Shown here: positions 12,076 to 23,922 of the stretch, piece by piece
Position numbering within the stretch: the first letter of the stretch is position 1
Layout: each line of letters opens with the position of its first letter
Assembly: GCA_031835245.2 (NCBI GenBank)
Contig: JAVKOQ020000001.1
Location: 558,001-622,000, forward strand
Length of the DNA stretch: 64,000 bases
Source: Balamuthia mandrillaris
Lineage: Eukaryota
Direction of reading: 5' to 3'
The notes under the pieces: model-generated
Told to the model about the DNA's origin: nothing
The model's database searches: none
The model's input: the letters and a program-made list of their open reading frames with translations, nothing else
Made by a program: the position numbers and the translations under genes

Positions 12076-12371
12076 GCCCGACCATGCTCACCTGGTCCCA
12101 CTATCGCTTCAGGCAGAGGCTCCTCAACAAGGCCCAGCAATTTCCGTCCTGTACGGTCTGCCTCTGCGATGAGGAATACACCTCCAAGACCTGCGGCAAG
12201 TGCGGCCAAGTCCACCACCAGTTGGGGGGAAACAAGACCTTTCGGTGCCCCCAACCCGAGTGTGGCTACCAGGCGGATCGAGATGCCAACGCCGCCCGAA
12301 ACATCTTGATCCGCTTTTTCACTTTACAAGCACTTACCACCTCCTCCTCCTCCTCTGTGAGGGGGCGGTAG
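12076..12371 (+). mobile_element. 3' remnant of a Fanzor2/IS607-type TnpB gene (zinc finger plus RuvC-III)
   Basis: MLTWSHYRFRQRLLNKAQ..DEEYTSKTCGKCG..FRCPQPECGYQADRDANAARNIL; N-terminal part including RuvC-I/II is missing. Confidence 0.9.
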
Positions 12372-12547
12372 GCGGTAAGGTTGCTTTGGTGCCGGCACCG
12401 TTGCTTATAGCGAGTCGTAAGACAAGCCGTGATTAGGCACGCCGGAGGTGGTGGGTTATTTTTTGTTTCTCTGTTTTTTGTTTTCCTTTTACTAATTTTG
12501 CTTTATTTTCGTTGTCCCATGGATCGGCTTGATCTTGGCGCCGCCTT
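12361..12547 (+). ncRNA. Candidate Fanzor omegaRNA scaffold / element right end
   Basis: Directly 3' of the TnpB stop; complementary segments 12370-12376/12540-12546 and 12419-12429/12525-12536; palindrome GGTGCCGGCACC 12388-12399. Confidence 0.5.
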
Positions 12548-12710
12548 AGAAGGTACACAGAAAAAAGGAAAAGCAAAAGAGTTTTTAGGGAATCGAGCTG
12601 GGGCTATAAATGTCTCAAAGGCCATAGAGGTCGTGCTAAGAAAAAGGGGACACCCGCCAACCCCCTCCCCTTACCATTTGGCTCAATTAATTGGCCTTTT
12701 TTGGGCATTG

Positions 12711-14369
12711 TCACAAAGTCACCGCTTCGCAGCTGGCGGCAGGGCCTATGTCCAACACGGCGTAGCGTTTCTCGATGGAGGAAGAGCTGGAAGAAAGGAG
12801 ATCCACCAGATAGCGGCCCACCTCTTCATAGCTGCTCTCGGCAAGGGCAAGAATGGTTGATCCGCTTCCTGACAGACAAACTCCCAACAATCCTTGCGGC
12901 AGGGGGGAAGATGGGGAGGAACAAGGAGAGGAGAGAAGGTGGTTCAGAGCCAAGCAACGATCAAAGCCAGGAACTTGAATGGAGATACGGTAGGGTTGAT
13001 GGAGCTTGTCTTTAAGGCATTCACTGATGCGATGTCGGTCAAGGGAGCTCAATGCTGATACAAAGGAAACTGCCCTTTGCAGATTGTAAACCTGATTTTA
13101 CGTTAAAACGAGCGGGCAAACAAACGTTAGTATTGCTTAAAATGTAAGCCCTCTTTTTTCCTCTCTTCTTTTCTACTTTCAAGAAGAAAGAGAGAGAAAA
13201 AAAAGAAAGAGAAATAGCACATACCACATCCCCTCGAGGATAAGATGGAGGCAACGCTTTCCGCGCTTTGGCAGTTGATACTTCAAACTCTGGTATGATC
13301 ACAACTGCTTTCAACTCACGTTGCCTATCCTCCTTCGCCGCAACAGGAATGGCGTTACACCATACTCGACGTTTGCTCTTTTCATGACTGTCCTCCCTGT
13401 TGTTGTTGCTTTCTCCTTCTTCTGTCTCGACACAACAACATGAAACAACGCCGCCACACAAGCTTGCTCCAACGTTGTCGGGATGACCTTCTATCTCGGT
13501 GGCATATCGAAGCAGCTCCTCCCTTGACAGTCTGAGCTCCAGCAGCTCATTCGCAAGCAACACTCCCGCAACAGCAGCACTGCCGCTGCTGCCCAATCCT
13601 CTTGAGAAGGGGATCTCGTTGTGGATCTCAAGACGCACTTCTTCTAACATCTTTGGACGATGTTCTTGTTGTTGGATGACGTGAAGAGCGGAGGTCCAGA
13701 TGAGATTCGTTTCGTTCAAAGGAGCTGATTCTTGGCCTAAACCAGAGAAGCGAATGTCTAGCTTTGGTTGGTGTCTGCTGTGAGGTACTTGATTTAAGTC
13801 CGCCTGCTTTTTGTACGTGGCGGTCACTGTAACAGTTAGGAATAAACCCAGCGCCATTCCAAAAGTATCAAAGCCAGGCCCTTGTTTTATTTATAGTGTG
13901 AAGGTTAACATGAGAGAGAAACCAGGTTTTAAGGAAAACAAACCTAAATTGGCGGAAGAACCAGGAACTCGTATACGAAAATGTTTCACGTTGGCAGTAC
14001 TGCTGGACGAAGAAGCAGACAACTGCTCTTCCATTAACTGTTTGAGACGATCAGCATCCTTGTAAAGCTTATGAGCACGCGAGGGAAGATGCATGACTGC
14101 CTCCAATGCTGGTGGATTGGTTGGCTTGCAACCAATGGCCTTCTCCACTGCGTCGGGGAACTTTGCTGGATGGGCGGTGGCAAGACATATTATTGGTGTG
14201 TTTCTTGAGAGTATGTTCTCTTGAAGGAGTTGAATGGCAGCACTAACTCCCACAGCAGAGTGTGGGCAAAGCACATAAGAGTTCTGCTTATAAATTGAAG
14301 CAATTGTTCCCAGCGTTTGCGTTTCTTTTTTTATTTGTTTGTTTAAGGAGAAAGGTAAGGAGAAGGTAA

Positions 14370-14452
<83 letters not shown>

Positions 14453-14698
14453 GAAAGAGAGAGAGAGAGAGAGAGCAAATACCAGTGATAGCAAGCGCGG
14501 AGATCAGGGTGCGAGCACGTTCAAGGATCTGTGGTGAAACGGAAACCTTTCCGTTAGACTTGAATTCATTCATTACATCCTTGACCTGTTTGGCATCCTC
14601 TTGGCTCATGTGATACAGAAAACGTTCAAAGTTGCTGGCCACTAAACATAAAAACAAGATGCAACAAAGATTCCCAATTAAAATGACGCCCGAAATAT

Positions 14699-14740
<42 letters not shown>

Positions 14741-16041
14741 GAGAGGGAGAGAAACCTTGAATGTCCATGGAAGGAGTGATGGTTGGCTGCACTTCTTGTG
14801 CTGCATAAGTTCCAGTCTCAAAAAACCGGAACAAGATGCTTTCAAGTGAAGAGAGAGGAAGCAAAGAAGGAGAACGAACAGAGAGGTCAATGATGGCGCA
14901 ACATTAAGCGTAACAAAGTGCGTACTCGTTTTGGTTGGTGGCAACAATAAGCCGGTGAATAGGCAATCCCATTCTCTTGGCATAATAACCAGCAAGCACG
15001 TTACCAAAATTACCGGTGGGAACAGCAAAGCTTACTTTTCTCTTTTCTTTCTGGTCTACTACAGATGTGACCTTAACGTGAAATGATGAGAAACATGTTT
15101 GATAGGGAGAGAGAAGATGCTCACTTGAAAGTAACAGTAAAAATAGTAAACTATCTGAGCAAGAATGCGAGCCCAATTAATGCTGTTGATAGCGGCAAGA
15201 TTGTGCTTTCGTTTGAAGGCAAGATCGTTGAACACGGCCTTCACCATGTCTTGGCAATCATCAAATGTGCCTTCCACTGTGCATTTTTCATTTCAGAAAA
15301 CTTGGAGAACGAAAGAATGAAGCAGGGAAAGAATGAAGCAGAACAGCAAGAAGGTAGAGAGAACCAGAGAAGCGCAGAGTACACTGAAACAAAAAGAAAG
15401 CATGGAAGAAGCGAGACAAGAAAGAGCATACCAGCAACATTGTGAACGTTGTGATCAGGAATAGTCGTCATTTGCTTCTCCTGCACAAGGCTGACCCTGC
15501 CATGAGGGTGCAAGATGAACACCTCTATGTTCCTCTTCCCTCTCAAGCCAGCCAGAGCAGCACTGCCTGTGTCTCCAGAGGTAGCGCCCAAGATGGTAAT
15601 GTCCTTTCTCTCTTCCTCCTTGTCGTCGAGCAGGAGAAACTCGAACAAGTTGCCAAGGAACTGAAGTGCTACGTCTTTAAATGAGAACGTGGGGCCATGA
15701 AACAGCTCTCCAACATAAACCACTTCTCCCTCTGTTCCATCCATATCAGCGGTGATAGATCGAACGTTAACCACATCCCAGGTGCTGTAGCTCTTCTGGA
15801 GGAGGCGCCTCAGCTGCTCTGCGGGGACGTCGCTCTCATCCACAAAGAGGGACATAACGGCAAAGGCCAGCTCGGCGAAGGGAAGGTTCCTCCAGCGGGA
15901 GAGCTCCGTGGCAACCTCTGGCCAGCTCTCGGGGACGAAGAGGCCGCCGTCGTCGGCCAGCCCACGCAGCACCACCGTACGAAAGGACCTGCCTTGGTCT
16001 CCTCCTCGTGTGCTGTTGTAACGGATCCTTCGCCCAGACAT
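12711..16041 (-). CDS. Threonine synthase - homoserine kinase fusion protein
   Basis: ThrC: YNSTRGG, GLADDGGLFVP, ELFHGPTFSFKDVAL, ATSGDTGSAA, PTGNFGN, ATAHPAKF; runs in one exon into ThrB IRVPGSSANLG|PGFD, IPFSRGLGSSG, EGHPDNV, LSGSGST. Confidence 0.93.
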
Positions 16042-16130
16042 GACACTGTGTTTGCTGCTACCTTTTTTCGCGTGTGTTGCTCGCGCGTGTTGGTGGTGGT
16101 GGTGGTGGTGGTGGAGGTGGTACGTAAAAA

Positions 16131-17100
16131 CTACCAAAAAAAAAAAGCAAAGCGGAGCAAAGCAGAGAGGCGTGACAGCCCGCAACGCACCCACCACACC
16201 CCGCCCAACCCAACTATTTTTGTTCCTGTCTTCTTGTCGTCTCTTTCCTTTGATTTTTTGTGTGTCGACGAAAATCTGACGTCATCCACAACCTGCCGGT
16301 TCGGTTCGGGTAGTGGCAAGGGGAGGACGATGCCCGCAGCTCGGCATCCATTCTTGCCTTGCTGCTCTACGTGCTGGAGGGGTTCCCAATCATGTGTAGA
16401 TCTCCTTTCTGCAGCTCGGTTGTTCTCACCGAAGACTTTGCTCGCCCGTGGCTTCAGTAACGTCATCTTCACCTTTCGTCAACGATGGCAATACGCAAGC
16501 TTTTCCCGTTGTGCGCTGAAGATACTGAGCTGAAGAAGTGCCTTTGGTTGAACCGATAACTGTCGGAAGGAATCTGTGACATGCCTACAGGTAGGGTGTA
16601 TAGCCAACGGTAGACTTTCCACCACCTCCAACAACAAGTTCGTGAGGTGAAAGTTTCCTGTTTCCACGAACACTTGCAGCACGAACCTAAACCGAGCAAG
16701 AAAGTTCATGGGAAGACGTTGGCAGTAGGACACATGTTCACGGGCTTGAGTGAGGAAAGAGGAGGCCAGTTGAATGGCGAGGTCCGTCTCTCCTCGAAGG
16801 AGATGGCACTTGGCTTGCAAAGCCGTGATGGACAGGGAAGTGTAGAAGAGGTAGTAGTTGGGGAGCGGTGCATTGGTGCGGTTGAAGCTCTCTGCTTCCA
16901 CCAACAGCTGGGACATAGAAAGAAGCAATGAAGCTAAAATGTGTCTGGCTTCGTGGTCATATGTACAACGATCCACTTCATCTGTCTCTTCCTCCACTTC
17001 CGTTCGCAGCGAAGATGTAGATGAAGAAAATCCTGAAGCAGGTGGACAGGAGCGGGTTGAACCAGCGAGAGACACACAACAAAGGGCACATTGTGGTGGG
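16131..17100 (-). pseudogene. 5'-truncated, frameshifted paralog of the 17976-19975 gene
   Basis: LASLLLSMSQLLVE..YYLFYTSLSITALQAKCHLLRGETD..VFVETGNFHL..SFRQL is nearly identical to the neighbour; the N-terminal half is absent. Confidence 0.7.
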
Positions 17101-17975
17101 TGCGGTTTTTGGTTTTCTCTTAGGCATTTTGTAGGCGTACTGTGAAAATAAAAAATTTGTTCCAAAGCAAAGGTACAAAGGTTTAAGTTGCAAAGGGGTC
17201 ACAAGAAGACCCCCTTGTTCACCTTAAAACTGGTAGCGGGCACCACACAAGGCACAGGAAAGTAATCCCGTTTCCTGTCGATTTGGGGGAGTTTGGCGTC
17301 CAGTTCCTCGTCAGAGTCAGAAGATGAACTGGTAGAAAGCTGAATTTTCCGCATAGAGGAGCCACCAGCGGTGGCAAGGGGTACCAGAGGATACAAATCT
17401 GGGGTTAGGGTTGGCAGCTAGGGTTAGCGACACAGCAGCTTTTCAACCAAAATGTCTTTGCTTTTGTCCGATTTTCCTTTTTTCCAAGAAATAACTTTCT
17501 CTTAAGATTCCGTACGCTTGAGGGTCCCCTAATAAGTTCGAAGCATAATTAGGGGACCTAATGTATGTCGACTTTTTTTTTTGGTCGACTTGGTCGGCTC
17601 TACTTTGTGGAGAGGAAGGAGTTTCACACAGAGAAAAGCCTCAAACAGAAAAAAAAGAAGCGGGATTGCTTGTTTATTTGTTGGGTTTGTATGCAAGTTT
17701 GGTTTCGCCAAAGCAAGGGTAAGCTCAAAGGTGGGCAGGGTACTTCCTCCCCCGGTGGAATATGCGGTTTGGTGATCAGCAACCAAAATGAGTGATGCAT
17801 GGAATCCACGCTGCAGACAGCATGTTGGGACCTCCAACTGGAAGAGCAGGTGGCCACGAAGGAATTGGTGGTCGAGTCTCCAAAATCCGAGAGAGCTGTT
17901 ACGTGTCGTTTTCATGTGGGCGGTAATAGTGGCGTTCTTTGTCCCATAACCGAGCGCATAGTTATTCCTGTTGTC

Positions 17976-19975
17976 TCACTTTTTTACGAGACGGTTGAAT
18001 GAAGAAGCTCTGGCGAAAGTGTCGCCTTGGGGTTTCCACTCATACCAATGTTGCATACGTAGTCTCACAGGAGAGTTGGTCTTTTTCCGTTCTCGCACGG
18101 AAACTCCTACCTCTTGAAGAGCATCGTTGTCAGCATCAGCAGAGGTGACAATATTTCGGTGTGCATGTCTTCGTTCTCTTGTCCTAACTCCTGCCATTTC
18201 GGACAAAGGACTCTCCTCTCCTTCTTCATCTTGTCCTTCTTCTTGTTCTTCTGCTTCTTCTTGTTCTTCGTCTTCTTCTTCTTCTCGAAACTGTTGACGC
18301 TGAAGATTGCCATGTGATGGTTGCTGTTTGTCTAGTAGGTGTGTTTGCTTTGGTGCGTTGGGTTCGCTGTTGTGGAAGACAGTGTTAGACGTTGGGTGCC
18401 CCAGTAGCTGTCGAAAAGAGTCGATGATGAGACGACAAGTAGGATACAAGGACACGGACATACTCTCCACAACCTCCAACAACAAGTCCGTGAGGTGAAA
18501 GTTTCCTGTTTCCACGAACACTTGCAACACGCACCGAAACCGGGGAAGAAAGGTCATGGGCAGTAGGTGGCAAAAGGATACATGTCCACGGGCTAGGGTA
18601 AGGAAAGAGGAGGCCAGTTGAAGGGCTTGATCCGTCTCTCCTCGAAGAAGATGGCATTTGGCTTGTAGGGCCGTAATGGACAAGGAAGTGTAGAAGAGGT
18701 AATAGTCGGGGAGCGGTATACCGATGGAGGTAAAGTCTTCGACCTCCACCAACAGCTGGGACAACGAAAGAAGCAATGAAGCCAACGTACTTCTGGTTGT
18801 GAGATCGTGGGTGCAACTTTGCTCTTTATCTTCCTCTCCCATTGATATATCAGGGCACGAAGACGAAGAAGAGAGTGGTGAGGATGACGACGAGGATGAA
18901 CACCGTTCCACGAAGATGGAGGTGTAAGTAGCAATCTGGGTGAAGTGAGCAAAGTAGAGGATATGCTCAATGCAAAAGGGCAAAGGATAGGTATCGGCAT
19001 CGAATCCAAAGGCGTAGGCATAATCCTTTTGCACCTTCCAAAACGCCACAGAGTAACTTTCTCTTTCTTCTACTGAGAATAGGGGACAGTGGGCGTTGTA
19101 GATAAGACACACCAGGTTGGCATTACTATTCTGCCACCCTAACCGTTTGCAGATAGTGATGCAAAGGGTGCTGTAATAGGAAGCCTTGTGAAAGTCTCCC
19201 ACCGTCCACTTGTAGATCATCATTTGAGCGAGAGCCATTGCTACGGAGCAATCGCTCTGGTCGAACAGATAAGACATGTCCTCTCGTGCTGCAGCGAATA
19301 GGTCCTCTGCTGCTTTAGTTTCTCCCATATACAGCGCTCCTTATCCATTTTGGTTTGTTTGTTTGTTTGTTAGGTAAAAGAACAAGACAAGAAGAAGAAG
19401 CAGATGAAGAAGAAGAAGAAGAAGAAGAAGAAGAAGAACAAGAAGAAGAACAAGAAGAAGAAGAAGAAGAACAAGAAGAAGAAGAAGAAGAACCAGAAGA
19501 AGAAGAAGAAGAATAAGAAGAAGAAAAACAAGAACAAGAAGAAGAACAAGAACAAGAAGAACAAGAAGAAAGTAAGAAGAGAGCAGGTACCAAGGCAGAG
19601 GGTGATGTTCACGCACAAGGAGAGGCATGTGTGTTTTGCGGTAGGGTCACACGTGAGCAGCTGAACGGCAGAGGGCTGCATGGCAGCAGGATGTACCGGA
19701 ATAAACAGCCACAAACAGCTGCCAAAAGTCTGGAGGTAGCGGCCTCGCTGCTCCGCCAAGCACAGGTGCATGTCTTCGTTCCATATGTGCTGTCGGTAGG
19801 GAACCAGTTCGTCGACGCTACGCGTTGTTGTGTCACGCCGATTATCACGCTGCCGCTGGCGAGGAGAACCTCCTCCACCTTCTTGGGTCCGCCGTAGCAT
19901 ATGCTGGTGGAAACCCCAATCGGCCCTTCCATCCTGCCCTCTTCTTGTTCTTGGCAAGGCCTTCCAAACATGCAT
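17976..19975 (-). CDS. Hypothetical helical protein, weakly like the middle-homology region of fungal-type transcription factors
   Basis: Two exons (intron ~19589-19340 rich in CTT repeats): LCLG|ALYMGETKAAEDLFAAAREDMSYLFD; no intact Zn2Cys6 motif seen; start uncertain. Confidence 0.55.
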
Positions 19976-20252
19976 TCCCCCGCTTTTCTCCTCCACCGCT
20001 ACTCCTTTTACGTAAGCAAAACGCCGAAATACATAAATTGGGTGGACAAAAATGAACCCATTTTGTGCACAAAGCTGGGCTAGGCCACAGCACAAAATTA
20101 CCGTGACGACATGGAATCGTTTGTGACGACGTGGCAAGAACCGGCAAGAGGGAGTAGGGCCAGCCGCCAAGTGTTCAGCAAGCTCACTCCGACCCTTTGT
20201 TGAAGGCTAATCATCTTCTTTTTTGCGGGGGTCTACGTTGGAGCAAGCAAAG

Positions 20253-21626
20253 ATGCGGAAAACAAGAGCGAGAGCGTCTCGAGCCAAAGAGCAAGAAGAG
20301 GAAGAAATGGAGGAAGAGCAAGACGACGAAGAACAGCAACCGATCTACGCCGACCGCGCAGCGGACGGGGTGAGCAACAACCGTTCAACTTATGGGCTTG
20401 AAGAAAAGGTGCCTTTTTTTTATTTCACGTTGCTTCAATCAATGCACTCAACGCTGCATCACTCTCTTCTCACACTGATGTTATTTTTGGCCAGAAAGAA
20501 ATCAATCAGAAAAAAGTAGTGGTGCTTCATCCAGGTTCAGCCTTTCTTCGTGTTGGTTCTGCCAACGACAGTCGCCCTCTCACCATGCCTCACGTCATCG
20601 CAAGGAGAGTCTTATCAGTACGGTTTTTTATTTTTACTTTCTTGATTTCCTCAATCCTCTCTGAAGAGCACCGTTGTTGATTGTCGAACACTGCAACCAC
20701 CAAAAAAAAAAAAAACCATAGATCCACTCGTCAAACCAAGCAGAGAAAGAAGAAGATAAAGATAAACACACAGAAAAAGAAGATAAGGATGGAGAAGACG
20801 AACGGTACCAACAAGAACAGCGAGCTGCAGAAGAACGCATGAAAACAACGTTGAAAGCCATCAAAAGCGAGATACCCTCCAAACGACAGCCTCTCCATGA
20901 TGAAGTAAGGCATTCCCTATCCCATAGGACGTTAGCGATTGTAAATAGTTTTTGCTGAATGTAGTTGTTAGGTGGAACGGTTTGACGAGTCGAATTGTAC
21001 AGAGGTGGTATCTGAACAGGAGGATATTTCTTTCACATGGACTGATTTGAGTGAACGACCTTCGGTTCTCTTTGGCCAAGAGGTCTCTTCTCTCTCTCTC
21101 TCTCTCTCTCTCTCGCTCGCTCTATTTCCCGTTTTGAGAGCCACTAACTATTCTCTTCGTTTATACACATGCAATAGGCATTGAACATAGCGGATGTGAC
21201 ACATTATCGGTTGCGTTATCCTATTCGCAGAGGTAAACTCAACATAAGACGGGACTATCCATTGCAAGAGGTAAGAGGTGACTTGGCCGCCATCTGGCGG
21301 TATGCTTGTGCAACAGTACTAGATATGAGGAACCAAAATCACACACACGTAAGATCCCTTATCATTCTTCCTTCCTTCAGAGGGGATGCCCTAAATTTTA
21401 AGAAAAACTGTGAATAAGTGACTAACATTTGCTTTTCTCAGCCGCAGACATTTTCTGAGTATTCCGCCATTTTGCTCATTCCAGATGACTACGATAGGCG
21501 AGATGTTAAAGAGTTGATCAGCCTTTTGTTGTTTGATTTAAAGTTTTCCTCCATCCTCCTTCAACAGGTTTCTTCTCTTCTCTTTTTCTTTGTCTTCTTA
21601 TTTTCTCTTCGTCATTCTTCTCTCTT

Positions 21627-21673
<47 letters not shown>

Positions 21674-23238
21674 ACATTTCGGCCAACCTCTTGTCGTTGT
21701 TGTATTATAACTTTAATGAAGGAATCCGTCTGTACTACTTTTGGATCTGGCGTGACAACGGCATGTGTTGTCGACGTCGGCCACCAAAAAACGAGCATCA
21801 GTTGTGTCGAAGATGGCTATTGTCTTCCTGCAGCCAGGTACTCCATTATCAACTTTCTTCTTTGTTAATTCACGTTACTAAAAACCTTTTAAGAGTGACT
21901 ATGCCTTTTGGTGGCTATGACATCTCTCGTTTCTTGCTTTGGTTGCTGAAGACTAGCACAAAACATCATTTTCCGCTTCCTCAGTGTGATATTCGCAAGC
22001 CTCAGCATGAAGCTATTATCAACGAGCTCAAACAGTCATGCCATGTGCAATTTGTAAGCGCTTCTTACGGTTTTTTCCCTGAGTCATTCACTAGTAACTG
22101 AAAATGAACAGGAGAACCAGAGCACTCAAATGCTTTCATTTTACGAAAGAAGACCCGGACAGCCTTCACTTCGGCACCATCTTAACATCAGTGATGCGTT
22201 ACTTATCGCTCCACTAGTAATTCCCTCTCTCTCTCTCTCTTTCTCTCTCTTTGCTATGCGCTGATACACTTTTCTTTCTTTTAACACCAAAACAGAGTTT
22301 ATTCCATCCATCAGTACTGTTATTTGATATTATGGAGCGACCGCCCGGCTATGAGGAGACTTCTTACTTTGAAGATTGGCTACGTGAGGTTCGATATTAT
22401 TCTTGATATCTCTCGCTCATTATCTCTCTCAAACGTTAAACAACTTATCCTCTATCTCTCTCCCTCTCTCTTAATAACCGCAACTATAGCTTCCTGGCTC
22501 AAAAGGACCAGCGCCCGCCAAAGGTTTTATCTGCTATTCTTCCCTTTCTCTCCTTAAAGGACAAAAAAAACCTGAACTTGGTTTATTCCTTCTTTAAGAC
22601 ACAACAAGTACAGCCAACGCGGATTCACAGCCTGAGCTAGACGAAAAAGAAGAGAAGCACAGTGATGCCAGGGTGATGCCTCTGGACGAAGCCATTGTGC
22701 ATAGCGTGTGCCTTATTTCTCGTACGCTTATTTTTATATCTTCTTTATTGTACTCTCACGTTATCTCTTATCTTAATTTTGGTTCTCTCTCAACTCAAAC
22801 AGAGAAAAAAGATTTGAAAAAGAAGTTGTTGTCTACAATAGTGCTAACAGGGGGCTCCACCATGTTTGCTGGTTTACCAGAAATGCTTGAAGAAAGGTAT
22901 GTACCACTATCATTTATTTTTTGTTTGTTTTGTTTGTTTTGTTTGTTTGCTTAAAGATTTCATACCCGTGTTTAATGTTTAACGACGCGTATTAACATCA
23001 AACAAGAGTATCGCAACTAGTTACAAAGAGTGACCAACTGGCGGATGTCGATTTGGAAGCGGCGGAAGTGCTGAGCACGTATCGAAAGGAATACGAGCTG
23101 GATCCTCAGTTCGCGGGCTGGCGGGGTGGCGCCATTCTGGCCTCCCTCGCCAGCTCGGAGGGGCTTTGGCTGAACGCCAAGGAATGGCGGGACAAAGGGG
23201 AGCTCTGCTTGAAAGAAAAGGCCGCATTTTATTGGTGA
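20253..23238 (+). CDS. ARP8: Actin-related protein 8 (INO80 subunit)
   Basis: VVLHPGSAFLRVGSAND..MPHVIARR; YPIRRGKLN; ESVCTTFGSGVTTACVVDVGHQKTSISCVEDG; GWRGGAIL..LKEKAAFYW*. Confidence 0.92.
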
Positions 23239-23522
23239 AAATTACGAAAATTGATCAAAATTCTTTGAAACTTATTATACTATTCAATAACCGTCAATAA
23301 ATTTCGGTTGCTAGACGACAAAAGGAAACAGCAGGGTATTTTAATTAGTAATTTAATTTATTTTTCGGGAGACCCTCGACTATTAATATATTAATTGCGT
23401 TACACGTCAAAGTTTTCGGGAGCAAACCAAGACACAAACAGGAAAAAGCTAGAACGGTTAACACAGTGAGGGAATACATAAGCCCAAAGGGAGGAGGAAG
23501 AGCATCACTCAAACACAACACC

Positions 23523-23922
23523 ATGAAGTTCAGCTACTTTGCGATTCTGTGCATCTTTGCGGCTGCCTTTGCTGCTATAAGGTACCTTTCTTCTTTTCTT
23601 TTTTTTTTTCCGTCCCCCGCTCTCTATTCTTAGCGGTATTCCTCGTTTTGTGTTTCACCTTGAAAGCGTTAGAGCGGAAGAGTGCTGCGAGTCAAACGGT
23701 GACTGCTACGCGGAAGGCTGTTTCCTGGAATGCGAGGAGGAGCTGGATGGTTTCCGCATCGAGTGCGACTGCAAGATGCCCGGCTGCGGTATCGCCGTTA
23801 TCGTGGTGGTAGTGGTGGTGGGAGTTGGGTTGTGCGCTGCGCTCATTGGAGGCCTTGTGGCCTTCTTTGTCTTTGGCAGGAAGAAAGGCATCTTGTCTCG
23901 CATTAAGGACCGTTTGTTCTAA
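23523..23922 (+). CDS. Small Cys-rich type I membrane protein
   Basis: Signal MKFSYFAILCIFAAAFA, one intron, ectodomain EECCESNGDCYAEGCFLECEEELDGFRIECDCKMPGC, hydrophobic TM, basic tail RKKGILSRIKDRLF*. Confidence 0.75.

Larger units (their letters stand above)
11509..12558. mobile_element. Composite insertion bounded by an 11-bp direct repeat AGAAGGTACAC
   Basis: AGAAGGTACAC at 11509-11519 and 12548-12558 flanks the FAH fragment, a (CT)n tract, an unknown segment and the Fanzor 3' end. Confidence 0.6.

Noticed and set aside
9250..12690. Terminal inverted repeats enclosing the whole nuclease/Fanzor region
   Set aside because: Only loose G-rich similarity between the ends and no TSD at those positions
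20080..20170. Zn2Cys6 cluster at the start of the 17976-19975 gene
   Set aside because: SCRFLPRRHKRF lacks the required Cys spacing in any single frame
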